Shown piece after piece: positions 1 through 10,949 of a stretch of 64,000 nt of DNA. Under the pieces are notes generated by a model. That model was not told the DNA's origin. It did not search any database and was given only the letters and a program-made list of their open reading frames with translations. Both the position numbers and the translations under genes were made by a program. Source of the stretch: Psammoneis japonica (lineage: Eukaryota); assembly GCA_008632985.1 (NCBI GenBank), contig QPGO01000040.1:377719-441718 (forward strand). Direction: 5' to 3'. How positions within the stretch are numbered: position 1 is the stretch's first letter; every line of letters begins with the position of its first letter.

Positions 1-312
1 CTTGAGCTGCCGAGTCTTTACTATCTCAACTTGGAGGGTTGTTCGTCGCTTTCAATCACTCCCAAGGACATTGGAGAAGTTTCGTATTCTATTCAACATG
101 TGGACATGCCGACATATGATGAGGAGACGTTTGGCGAAATGCGGTGCTACATCCGAATGAACGAAGCAGGAAGACACTTGCTGCATCGCCACGATGTGCC
201 TCCAGCTCTTTGGCCGCATGTCTTGGCAGGTCCGCGCAGCGATGAGAACTTTATTTTGTGGTTCTTGATGAACAATCCGGACTTTGTCAAGAAAGGAGAA
301 AGCAAGGAATAA
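1..312 (+). CDS. 3' end of an LRR/RNI-like protein (truncated by window start)
   Basis: C-terminus YIRMNEAGRHLL...VPPALWPHVLA...ILWFLMNNPD resembles the 'LNxAGRxLL...P..LWP.VL' tail of expanded diatom RNI-like families; leucine-rich LELPSLYYLNLEGC lies at the window edge. Confidence 0.55.
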   Translation, partial: LELPSLYYLNLEGCSSLSITPKDIGEVSYSIQHVDMPTYDEETFGEMRCYIRMNEAGRHLLHRHDVPPALWPHVLAGPRSDENFILWFLMNNPDFVKKGESKE

Positions 313-465
313 GTGTTATGAGTAGCCAGTGACAGTTCTTAGGTAAATGTAGCTAGATGTACAAGTGTTAGGTTACTATCTGATTATTATCTATTTTGGT
401 ACTTACTGCTAGTTCGGATGTCATTCAGATTATAGCAATTCTGGTGCATCCGTGAAGGCTCAGAA

Positions 466-684
466 TACTTGATGGAATACGGTACCCGGTATGGACAGAA
501 CGGGACAACAGGAAGTCGAGACTCGATACCCGGTATGGACAGAACGGGACAACAGGAAGTCGAGACTCGATATCTGGTATGGACAGAACGGGACAACAGG
601 ACGTCGAGACTCGACATCCTACTTGTTGGAATACGGTACACAGTATGGGCAGAACGGGACAATAGGACGTCGAGACTCGATACC
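466..684. repeat. 44-bp minisatellite (3 tandem units plus a 4th after a duplicated ~22-bp leader)
   Basis: ggtatggacagaacgggacaacaggaagtcgagactcga starts at 488, 532 and 576, with a diverged copy at ~643; the leader tacttg(a/t)tggaatacggtac occurs at 467 and 620. Confidence 0.95.
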
Positions 685-1131
685 ATATTACAGTTTATTG
701 CTCATTCTTAATGTGTTTCTCTCGGTATACGCATGATGGCACCGATACCACTCTAGCCAGCCTGATATTATGATGAAAATTTCTTGATTGTATCTGCTTA
801 TAGCTCGATCTCAATCTTCATAGGATACTACGACAGCTACCGTCTTCGCTTGATGACGATGACAAAAAGCTCACAATACCTCTGGTCATGGGCGTCGTTC
901 GGCCAGTGCCTTTGCTTCGCATCTGGCGTGCCAAAAGGAGCATTTCTTCCTTGTACATCCATTCGTCTTAAACTATCTACAAAATGGAAGTCCAACGTCG
1001 AAAAATAATCAATAATCTGAAGAACTACGATCGAATATATCTGCTCTTTATCCTACGTTCAATGCCTAAGTCTATCATCTTAACAATCTTAACTCGAAGA
1101 ATTTTCACCTATTTAGTCCTGAACTATCGTC

Positions 1132-2235
1132 TTAGACATCAATATCCCTCGGATCATAACAATAGTCGTTTTTGAACGACCCTGGCGAGTCTGCAGAGCA
1201 TCCTGGAACTGACTCAAAGCCATCACGTTTCATACACAGAAGCCCAGGCTTGCAATCGTTTCTGCCGTCACAGTCACCTTCGCATTTGCCAAGTTTTTCT
1301 AAGGGATTCTCTCCGACATCGTTGTACATGGGCTTACCATCGGTGCCATACTGTGTGGGCTTTCTTTCGTAGACAATTTTTTCGGGATCGAAGCAATAAT
1401 CTGTTGTTGCTGTTCCTCTTCCGGCACAACCCGGCACAGCTTCCATGCCGTCACGAATCATGCACCGCATTTTGCCTTCACAATCTTTGTTGCTGTCACA
1501 GTCGCCTTGGCATTCACCCAAAATAACATTTTTGTCATCAGAAACATCCGCGAGCATTGGTAGTGGAGTTGGAGCGGGAGTCGGAGAAGGAGTCGGACAG
1601 GTGATGATGTGGCAAAACCACTGCTTTCTACATTTGCTCTTGGGTGAGCCTCCGAAGCATCCCTTCCTCTCACATTTGTTGCAAGCGGCCCTCTCACACT
1701 CTTCAAAGTTAGGGTCATCTCCGCAAGGGTGTGGAGGAGGGGCAATCGCAGCGCAACCATAGTATTCACACCTCTTGCAGTCCAAGGTGTCGCTGTTGGC
1801 ATCGCAACCAGCGCACTTCTTTTCTTTACAAGCCCGCTTTTTGCACAATGGTTCAACTGTGGCGCAACCGAAACGCTTGCATCTGGTTTCATCGCCGGTG
1901 AGCCCAAAACAGTCCTCCCGCTCACACTTTCCGCACTGGAGTGGCTTACAAAACACATCGGAACACCCTAGTTCCTCGTTACAGATATCGGGGATGGGAA
2001 GGCCTTCGTCGGGAAAGCATCCTTTTACGATACATTTCTTACAGATGTCAGTCCTGCTCTGAAGCGTCCGTGGTTCTAAAAAGGAGAAAGGAGACGACTC
2101 AGTATTAGCGCCATAGAAGTAATGTCGCTTCGTATTCATACTTCCAATCTCCAATCTTTTCTCACCTTGTTGCGCAAACGCCGAAGAAGCAGCAGCGAGA
2201 GCCACAAAAGCTAGTTGAAAGGTACGAAGAAGCAT
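1132..2235 (-). CDS. Secreted frustulin-like cell-wall protein with two acidic cysteine-rich (ACR) domains
   Basis: Signal peptide; Pro/Thr linker PTPSPTPAPTP; two LGxC(Q/E)GDCDxxxDC...VPGC...DYC(F/Y)DP repeats typical of frustulins. Confidence 0.85.
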   Translation of the reverse strand: MLLRTFQLAFVALAAASSAFAQQGEKRLEIGSMNTKRHYFYGANTESSPFSFLEPRTLQSRTDICKKCIVKGCFPDEGLPIPDICNEELGCSDVFCKPLQCGKCEREDCFGLTGDETRCKRFGCATVEPLCKKRACKEKKCAGCDANSDTLDCKRCEYYGCAAIAPPPHPCGDDPNFEECERAACNKCERKGCFGGSPKSKCRKQWFCHIITCPTPSPTPAPTPLPMLADVSDDKNVILGECQGDCDSNKDCEGKMRCMIRDGMEAVPGCAGRGTATTDYCFDPEKIVYERKPTQYGTDGKPMYNDVGENPLEKLGKCEGDCDGRNDCKPGLLCMKRDGFESVPGCSADSPGSFKNDYCYDPRDIDV

Positions 2236-2726
2236 GTTTTCGAGTTTGTTCCGATTACAAATTTGTGAGACTCAATTGATGAGACGAATGGATGATGCGT
2301 TTTCGGGGAGAGCCTATTTTTTTTTGAAATCGTTCGCGTCGTCAAAGTGTTGGAGGCAGGCGTTCGCGACTTCGAAAAATGTCTAATGGTCGCTTCGCTT
2401 CTTCGGAATCCATAGCCGTGAAGTATGCCCTTACGTACATGATACGTGGATGTCGTATGGGGGTGTGTCGGAGACAATGACGTCATGAGGCTATTGTTTT
2501 TGGTCCCGCGCCGCGTTCAACAAAAACATCAAATACTGGATATCGAATGAAAATGGGAAAAACTCAGAAAACCGGGAAAACGTCAAAAATCAAGATGAAA
2601 GACGTGGTCATCGTTTTCCAAGTCAAAGTATCATATGGTATAGGTCTTCCGGAGAACACGAAGACATAGTACCCTAAGGTACGCTTTACAAGAAGTCAGG
2701 GCAAGGGAATATAGTTACTGGAAGTG

Positions 2727-4153
2727 CTATAGAGGTAGCATTATTGCGCCAATGCATTTTGGCAGTCGAAGTGGATCGCTCCATTGCAAAATCTCAAGGG
2801 AGATTCCTGTTGTTTCTCGGTTACCGACAACAAGCTTGGCACGCTTGCTAACATTACTCCTCATTATGGTGCTATTCAGAAGACGCTGCAAGTTGAAAGA
2901 GTCCTCAATTCGATTCATGAGCAAAACAATGCCGTCGTGACTGACATTGTTACCAGTCGATGCTGTCCCCTTCATCACGCCCGTGCTGCTTTCACTGTGT
3001 ACAATGACGGAGCATCCTTGGTATCCATCAAAAAGTTGCGATACTTCAATGGAACTAGCACATGGGACTTGGTAGATGCCATGGTTTGAGAGTTCCACGG
3101 ATGCTTCGACAGGACAAGCCTCGTTCATTCTGCCACTGGAAAAGCAAAGGGCCTGTCTGTGGGCTTCGCCACGTTCAATCCGACGCCGCATATCCAAAGT
3201 AGAATCTCGAGCTACGTTCCAAAGCCATTTAAGCGCGTCGATGTCATCGGAAGTAATTTCACAGGCTTTTACGATACGCCCGATCGTCACTGCTGCTTGG
3301 ACCTGCAACATATTGTGTTGCTGCTCAGGAAGCATTCGTCTCAAGTCTACAAGGACGGACACGGCAAGACAACAAGATTCGTTTCCGGGATGATTTTGGA
3401 AATAGCATTCAGCTAGACTCCAAAATAGACTGCTTATCCACAGACCTGTAAGTGTCGTGTTTTGCGCTCGTGCCTTGGTCAAGCACCGCTTCACTGTATC
3501 TGACGAGAGGCACACAATCACGTCCCTACTATTGTCGGATCTAGTGTCGCTGGATGCTCCCAGAATGTCAACAATGCTAAGAGGTTTCTTAGGTACCGGA
3601 AGATACGGCACTTGATTTTCTGCAAAGGACGATAGAGAATTTGTATGGGGTTGAAGCAGACTCCCCCAGTCTTGCATGCTAGCAAACGATTGCTCGCGCA
3701 AGGCGAACGGTTCCTCGTCGTCCTCCAACCGATCAGAAAAGAAGGAGAGTACACTTTTGATAGTGATGGCATCAAAGAGAGCATGATTGATGTTGATCAC
3801 AATCACCTTTACGTCCGACTTGTCGTTGCCATACGTTGTCAATCGAGCAGGTCCCTCGTTTCCTGCGTTCGGAGCATGTTGTCGCGCACAATCTCTTGCA
3901 GACTCCTTCCCATCAACGGCTCTACTACCAATGTCGAATCAGCATCAGAAGTGGTATTTCTAACGAGATGAGCAACATTTCCTTCAAGCATCACTCGCAC
4001 ATGAGCTCCACATTGATAGAGACTGTCATGGAGCGCGTGTTGGACTCGCGTCACGTTGGCATGTTTCGAAAGCTCGACGCCGACTACAAATCTCACATTC
4101 TCTGTGACGAAGAGGGTCTCTAAAAAGTTACATACTCTCTCTTTCTCTTCCAT
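2727..4153 (-). CDS. Condensation-domain / alcohol acyltransferase-like protein (split by an apparent frameshift near 3845-3930)
   Basis: HxxxD motif (ININHALFDA) and VDLRR motif; two abutting same-strand ORFs 3839-4153 and 2727-3842. Confidence 0.6.
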
Positions 4154-4598
4154 ATTTATGAATCAACGGTGCATTGCGTGAATGCAACAGAGATGCAAGC
4201 AATGGCGGCGGTGCGGAATGATGATGACATCGCGATGCGTCGCGTCCGTCGTCAATGTGATTGATGACGTCACGTCGGCAGCAAGTTTTACTCTATTTTC
4301 AAAAATCCAGAATGCATTTTCTCTATATTTTAGCTGCTACACTACGGTATGATAATATGTGGAACGTTTAGTTAGAATAAGGAGATCAGTGTTTGCTAGA
4401 TTTACAAATGGTTTGTGATAATCGATTCGAGCGCGCAAGCAGTCCTGCAGCGACCCAGCAAACGAAGATTCGGTCTCAACGAGACGAAATGTAGAGAACC
4501 ACATTAGCCCGGTTTCAATGCCGACAGCACCAGCGGCATCCATAAGACGCAGAAAGCCCTTAGTAAGTTGCGATGTCAGCGCCAAATCATACGCATCA

Positions 4599-5948
4599 TC
4601 ACAGGATATCGGACAAATGATCAGCTACATCCAGTCCAGACAATGCAGCTCCCTCAAATCCTGGAGAGTAATTAGACACCATGTCACCAGCTTGAAAAAG
4701 CATCAGGTCACTATCAGCAACAAAGTTTGGCCCGTCACGAACTATTGAGGTTGGAGCCAAATCGATTGGACGATCATACAGCACGCCCGAAAGGGTACGA
4801 GCTGTTTCAAGCTGCCGCCGAGAAGGCATTGCCGAGCCCCATCGTTGTGCAGATAGAAATGTCGTTGATGGTAGCTTCCCACAGTCACCCAGCTTTCCGG
4901 ACTCGAGTATTCTTCGAAATGCCCTCTCGAGATCCGGTCCGGGTACGGACTCCATGTAGTCCTTTGATTGAGGGATGAATTCTCCGGTCTTAGGATCTTG
5001 CATTGGCGTCTCTTCTATTGATTTGATGGCATATTCAGGAGATGAAACGAGGGTCCAACATTCCGACGACACGTGATCCAGTCCCGGCTTGCTGCTGGTC
5101 TTTGCCACAAACCAGAGCACATCGTCATCAAACGATGCCGCATCAAACGGTATCGTACCGTCAAATGCAACCATGGCTGCAAACAATGGAGTACGGGAGC
5201 CAGCTCGTTCACGGACTTTGGCAGCAAAAGACTCCGGTATCCCTGCGGAAGCTCGATGCCAGCTTCCAAAAGAAGAGCTGACATCTGTCAATACAACGGC
5301 ATCATAACCATTTACATTCCCGAGAATCGCCTCTGTGGCAGCTCTCGCTACTTTTTCAGAAGAATCATGATATGCAGCATCTCCTGTAGTTCCAAAGAGC
5401 ATCCATTTTCCGTTTTCTCGTTGCATATTTGATACACGCTGACCGCTGTACACAGTCGATCCATGCAGTAACGAGTCGATTATGGTCTTCATGCCACCTA
5501 CCCCGTAATAAAACGGAGGCTGGCTTGGAAATCCAAAGAAATCTCCGTTATCCGTCTTGAACTCTCCACTCCACACCTGGCAAATGTTTTGTGCTAACCA
5601 GTCGTCTGTTACTGCCTTGAAGCGATCTGTATCGGCACGGAAAAACTGACAGCCATGATCCCACCGATGATGAGGTTCCATGTTTCTATGACTCGCCCGC
5701 CCTCCAGGTCCTCGTTGCCCCTGATCAAACACATCCACCAATATGGAGCATTGCTGCAGGGAAGACGCCACGCAAGCCCCAGTAATACCACCGCCAATCA
5801 CAGCAACGTGAGCCGCCGCAGGAGTACGGTAGGTGGACTCATGGTTCATGGTGAGATTTGAGATTGATGCGTATGATGATGCATGATGCGCGGCCGTCGG
5901 CTGGCACGATGCGATGGTCGAATGAATCATCATTCGCACGTTATTCAT
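4599..5948 (-). CDS. FAD-dependent oxidoreductase, renalase-like
   Basis: VAVIGGGITG dinucleotide-binding motif, GGRAS, WDHGCQFF, QRWGSA, AGD...FEGAALSG. Confidence 0.85.
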   Translation of the reverse strand: MNNVRMMIHSTIASCQPTAAHHASSYASISNLTMNHESTYRTPAAAHVAVIGGGITGACVASSLQQCSILVDVFDQGQRGPGGRASHRNMEPHHRWDHGCQFFRADTDRFKAVTDDWLAQNICQVWSGEFKTDNGDFFGFPSQPPFYYGVGGMKTIIDSLLHGSTVYSGQRVSNMQRENGKWMLFGTTGDAAYHDSSEKVARAATEAILGNVNGYDAVVLTDVSSSFGSWHRASAGIPESFAAKVRERAGSRTPLFAAMVAFDGTIPFDAASFDDDVLWFVAKTSSKPGLDHVSSECWTLVSSPEYAIKSIEETPMQDPKTGEFIPQSKDYMESVPGPDLERAFRRILESGKLGDCGKLPSTTFLSAQRWGSAMPSRRQLETARTLSGVLYDRPIDLAPTSIVRDGPNFVADSDLMLFQAGDMVSNYSPGFEGAALSGLDVADHLSDIL

Positions 5949-5990
5949 TTTTTTTATTTCGGAGTGAGTTTGAAGTTTCTATCTCTTGAT

Positions 5991-7205
5991 CTACCTTACG
6001 ATGAACCACCGTGCCTTAGTGTGTTCCAAGAGAATATCTATGCTCTCAAAACCTCCTTGAGAGAGCATCTCTTTTGCAACAGGCACTGAAAATCCCAGAG
6101 TACCAAGTCCTTCGCCGTCCTTGACGCATGTGGCACAAGCCATGCAAAGACAGAGCGAAAAGGACCAATACGAAGCAGCCGCAAAGGCGTCTTTGTGAAT
6201 ATTCTCACGAACCGTCGGAGCAGAAGGAATATCGGCCAACAACCAAACTCCGTTTGGAGCAAGTGCCTTGCGAACTTGAGCAATCAAATCACGGGGGTGG
6301 GGAACGTCGTGCAACACATCGAACGTAGTCACCAAGTCGTACGTTTCTTTCTGATCCCCCAAGGGCTCCGTATTTGCATCATGAACAAACACATTGGGCA
6401 GTTTACATTCTCTAATGTGACGCCTCGCAATCTCCAAGGCTTCCTGTGATACGTCATAGCCATGAAAGCTTGCTTTTGGAAATTGGCGAGCCATGGCAAC
6501 AATCAAGTTACCTCCGCCGCAGCCCAAATCGGCTACCTTGCAATTTCCCTCTTGCAACATTTTCAATACCCTCCCATTGTCTGCCTTTGGCACTACTTGA
6601 GCCAGGAATACATCTCGGATATGAATATTGTGGTGTCGATCAATAGCTTCCGACACATCTGTTTCGTTGTATGGGATTCCCATGCCAGTGCGGAAAGCTT
6701 GCGGCATCATTGTCTTGGCGCGATAAACTAAACTCGGTACAGCTTGAATCATGGGTATGGAATAGTCGCTTGAGGATGGATCTGCCATGACCTTGGCTGT
6801 AGCACTAGGAATACGATATCTTAAGCCATCGTCTGTATTTTCGTCGCCGGGAAGCAACGTAAGAATCCCCATGGCAGCTTGCTGAGCTAGCCATTCTCGT
6901 AACCACCGTTGATGGAACCCCGTAATATCGGCAAGCTCAACAGCAGTTACAGAAGCAGACTTTGATCCGCTACAAACATCAGCCAGCGACTTGTAAAGAT
7001 TTAACTTGTCTCCAATGTACAACCCCGACGATTGCAACGCAGACATCATGGACTTCTCCAGAATAGATTTTGATACAGAAGGATCCGTCTCGGGATCTTT
7101 TAGCCTCTTGGACCATTTCTCATACAGCCACACGACAGATCCTCCCAGCAGTGCACCAGTGCTTGCAACCGCCAGCAGCGTCGTCGAGTCAGAAGCTTTC
7201 GTCAT
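5991..7205 (-). CDS. Class I SAM-dependent methyltransferase with N-terminal winged-HTH (Rv2258c-like)
   Basis: VADLGCGGG motif I, FDVLHD, ELA..TG..RWLREWL HTH region, N-terminal hydrophobic anchor. Confidence 0.85.
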   Translation of the reverse strand: MTKASDSTTLLAVASTGALLGGSVVWLYEKWSKRLKDPETDPSVSKSILEKSMMSALQSSGLYIGDKLNLYKSLADVCSGSKSASVTAVELADITGFHQRWLREWLAQQAAMGILTLLPGDENTDDGLRYRIPSATAKVMADPSSSDYSIPMIQAVPSLVYRAKTMMPQAFRTGMGIPYNETDVSEAIDRHHNIHIRDVFLAQVVPKADNGRVLKMLQEGNCKVADLGCGGGNLIVAMARQFPKASFHGYDVSQEALEIARRHIRECKLPNVFVHDANTEPLGDQKETYDLVTTFDVLHDVPHPRDLIAQVRKALAPNGVWLLADIPSAPTVRENIHKDAFAAASYWSFSLCLCMACATCVKDGEGLGTLGFSVPVAKEMLSQGGFESIDILLEHTKARWFIVR

Positions 7206-7231
7206 GGCTCTATTATCTGTCTGTTCTTGTT

Positions 7232-7280
7232 ATGTCGGAGGGAGTGGAGTTCGCACGAAGCGAACTGCAAATTTTCAAAA
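7232..7280 (+). repeat. ~49-bp direct repeat, copy 1 (copy 2 at 15235-15285)
   Basis: atgtcggagggagtggagttcgcacgaagcgaactgcaaattttcaaaa vs atgtcggagggtgttcggagttcgcacaaagcgaacggcaaattttcaaaa. Confidence 0.9.
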
Positions 7281-7399
7281 TAATAATCATGAAGCGCCCA
7301 AGAGGTGCCTGCAACAGACAATGGTCAGTGTGCAGCCTGCATTGGATGGACGGGTTACTTTCACAAGCATGTGGCAGGAGTCAGTCCTCTATCGACCAC

Positions 7400-10150
7400 A
7401 TCGAAGGTTGCACCGCAGCCATTGGACTGCTGAAACCGGCAGGTCGTGAAACCAAACGCGACGTGTGTGTGTGAGTTTCCCGCCGTGTGCTTCCAAATGT
7501 GGAGCAGAACAATGACGTTCGTCTCGTTTTTGAGCTTCAAACAATCCCCAAAGCCGCAGCACCCAATGGGTTTGTGCATCTTCGACCCTGGCTTATGTCA
7601 GTTTTAGCAGCTAAGAAACAAGGGCTTCGTCGAAACAGGGGATTTGCCCTCTGCCTGCTGAAAGGCAGCAAGGGCGCCAATTGTCGTTTTCCAACAAATG
7701 GTCTTGTTTGCATCGACGACATCAAGCCGCCACCTCCATCCATCACTGGTGCCATTTTCTTTCAAATTGAGATGCTCTAGAACACCGGAACAGTGCGCCA
7801 AGAGGCTGAGCAGCGCCTCACCGGCACCACCACAAGCTCCCATTTGTCCGAGATTGACCCGTCTCAGATGAGTCGGCCTTGTCGAGTCACAAACCACACG
7901 CACAAGGTTGATGTGCTTTAGAGTCTTGTGACAGTGCCTCAAGAGGTCAACCACAGCCTCGCATGACTCGGCTTCAGAAATGCCGTTCTGGCCCACATCA
8001 AGCCGCTCCAACTTTGGCACTGTTGTTTCCAAGATTGCACATGCAAGAACCTTGCATCCTTTGTTGCCAATGTTGCAACCCGCGAGATCAAGTCTCATCA
8101 ATCCACCAACAATGGAGCTGAGCTCCTGGCAGCCCACGCTGTTGATGCGTTTGTTGTGCGAGAGGTCAAGAACTCGTGTTTTCGTGTGTGAAGCCTCACA
8201 AGCATTGAGCCTGAAGCATCACGTTCATCGGCATTTGTGGTGCTGAATCCTTGAGCAACAGCTTTGCACCCGGCGGGCCCAATGTTGTTGTGGGACAATT
8301 TCAGCATTTCCAATTTTGGCAAGCATCCTCGCATTGTGACATCCGCAACCTGACATGCTGTCATTCCAGTTGACCATTGTCGCCTTGAGCTCCGTCACAG
8401 AACCAAAATGGCGCTCAAAGTGTTCTTGATGCAGTCACACCACCAATGGACGATCGTCTTTTTGACATGTGAACTTGCAGTTCCCGATGGCATGCTCAAA
8501 CAACTCAGGTGACAAGGGGGATGTCATTGTTGAAGAGAGCGGCAGGCTTGGGTCAACCTCTCTGTGACGAAGATCAAAAATCTCTTCAAGTCCGGTGTGC
8601 TTCATCGCAGCCCAACAGGTTTCGGCAAAGCACCGCCCTCGATTGTCGTGCTGCACCGGGGTGCCGTCGGTGGGGAGACTGCAAGCATCGGGACAAGACG
8701 GCAGAAACTCTTGGACCGGATGGACTTTTGCACGTGGGTGTGAAAAGAAGGCACCCAAAAAGTTTGATCCCTTGCAGCATGCATGCAGACAAAAGGTCAT
8801 TTTTGTCACGCCCTTTGTGACATTTAAAGGCTGCAACACGTCGCCGTGATGCATTGACTCTCATCAGTGGCTGTGTGTTGCACTCCTCGGTTTTGGCGGA
8901 ACAGTGTGGGCACATGCGAAGGAACATGCAGAACTGCACAGAGTTTTGCGCGTTCGACAGTGATCAACGTTGCTGCAGACAACTCCCACTCAGGGTTTCG
9001 AACCCCTGGCCTCCTGCCCAATGGTTGCGAGATGAACCACTCCGCTGTGAATTCACAATGCAGTGTGCATGCAGACAAAAGGTTGTTTTTGTCATGCCCT
9101 TTGTGACATTTAAAGGGTGTGACACGTCGCCGTGATGCATTGACTCTCATTGGTGGCTGCATGTTGCACCCTGCTGGAAGAGTCCTTCTTCTTCGGGTGA
9201 ACGAAAGCATCCAATCTCTGGGTCTGGGTGCTGGAAGAGTGATGCATGGCCCCAGAAAACACCAAAAAGTGGACTTTCGGTTTGGCTCCTCATTTTGTGC
9301 TTGATGGCTCGAGCTGGCAGTTGCAGCATGGTCCCTTTTGGATCGGGGTGGTTTGGTTGCAGCCACACGCAGCTCAAGACAATGATGTTAAAATGCAAAG
9401 GAGTGCACGCGGCATCCACCACATCCTCCAAGCTGAGAAAAGCTTCCGGCAGAAGCTCTTGGCAAGGCCTCATCACTGGCATCTTCTCTGTGTCATTGAC
9501 AGCGCACTTGATGAGCCAAAGAGAATCAAGCAGTGCAGTGGCACCCGAACAGAGAGGTTCTTCCAATGAATCTCCAGAACCAGCAGTCCACAGCTCCTTT
9601 GATCGAGTTTCGTCTTCAAGAGCGCGACTGGCCAATCGGAGCTCAAACGCCTTTTGGCACATCAACCAAGCCTTTCGATCACACCCATCCACCTCTCCCC
9701 CTTTTCCTTTCTCGCAGCAAGTTGCTGCCCACAAAACACAGAGCCAATCGTTTTGGTCGGCTCCCAGTTTCCAATGCTGAATGGCGCGTTCCTTGTCCCG
9801 CTGGTTTTCGTAGAACGTGGCGAGCCAGCGGATTGCGTTTAGATTCCCTCTTTGTGCTGCTTGGCAGTGCAAGGATTCCGCCCGTCAATGGCCCCCTTTT
9901 CCTGCGTGCATTTTTGCCAGTTCCACGAGGCTCTGTGCTTCCTTGTCGTCAGTCTCCATCCTCCGAGTTGTGAAGCTCTGTTGTCATGTCGAACGCACCA
10001 TTGCAAACTCCATTGTCCATCAGCATGACAGCCGACAAATGCGCGACATTGCGACTCGTCGTGCGAGTGAAAATTGCTTTGTGTTGCGCGAGTGAACAGG
10101 GCACATTGATCATGACAAGAGAACATGCGAACCGATGAAGACACCAAGAT
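7400..10150 (-). pseudogene. Decayed Sel1-repeat / HET-like / RNI-type LRR gene
   Basis: Sel1-like AAQRGNLNAIRWLATFYE..AIQHWKLGA; IVLSCVWLQPNHPDP...GVFWGHASLFQ (family pattern LSYxW..HPDP..FWDYxSLxQ); LRRs LKLSHNNIGPAGCKAVA, LDLAGCNIGNKGCKVLA, LDVGQNGIS; multiple frameshifts. Confidence 0.65.
8778..9170. repeat. ~105-bp diverged direct duplication (8780-8883 / 9067-9168)
   Basis: gcatgcagacaaaaggt..ccctttgtgacatttaaagg..cacgtcgccgtgatgcattgactctcat..gttgcac present twice. Confidence 0.9.
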
Positions 10151-10246
10151 GCCATTGCTGGATGACACGCTAAAGGGGAGAGATGACATGGATGCCCATG
10201 GACACTTCACCCTGCACTTCTTGCCAATGGTGGTGGGAAAGACAAT

Positions 10247-10700
10247 GTGGAAGCATGGCTCAAATCGAGACATTGCTTGAACAACAGGTTGGCATCTGTG
10301 AGCAATGAGGCGCTCGGCCTGCTGCCAGCATTGGAGAACAATTGGGGCAAGTGGACGTGCACGCACGGCAGAACAAAGGAGGAGTTGGAGGTGCAAAAGA
10401 AGGCAGGCCGCATTCCAGAGGTGAAGTGCAGTGAAGGCAGCAAGAAGCAGGGCGATCAAATGAATCAAGTGCAAAAGGGTCAACAGGGTTTGAACAAGAA
10501 GGGACAGGAGAGATGCAAAAAATTGGGAAGTGCGATTGACCAAAAGAGTTGGGCAAAGACGCAGATGAGTGGGATGAGGTTTGGTTGAAACAGCTCTGGG
10601 AATGCATGGATGGGATGGAAGACAGCTGAGAGAACACAAGAGAGCAGTTGGAAGCAGCAGATGAAGAAGAGGAGAACATTGAGCACATGGATTTGTGGGC
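10247..10700 (+). mobile_element. Relic of a transposon-associated accessory ORF
   Basis: SVSNEALGLLPALENNWGKW resembles an SDEAF.LL..EN...W pattern I associate with diatom TE-linked ORFs; heavily mutated. Confidence 0.3.
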
Positions 10701-10949
10701 AGCAGACCCACCACAACAGGCAGCAGTTTGAACATTTGGCATCGAGTGGCAAATTGAAAACAAGTTGAATCAAGGAAATGGGTGCACCAACAATGAAGAG
10801 CAGGGAACACTGATGCATTGGTGCAGGGTGATCCAAAAATGAGGCTGCAGAGCAGAATTGTCCATGATGGGCACACATTGTTGATGAAGTCAACAAATTA
10901 AAAATTGGGCACGTGGGTGTCGCTTCGCTCGTTGCAATTTGGCAGAGAC

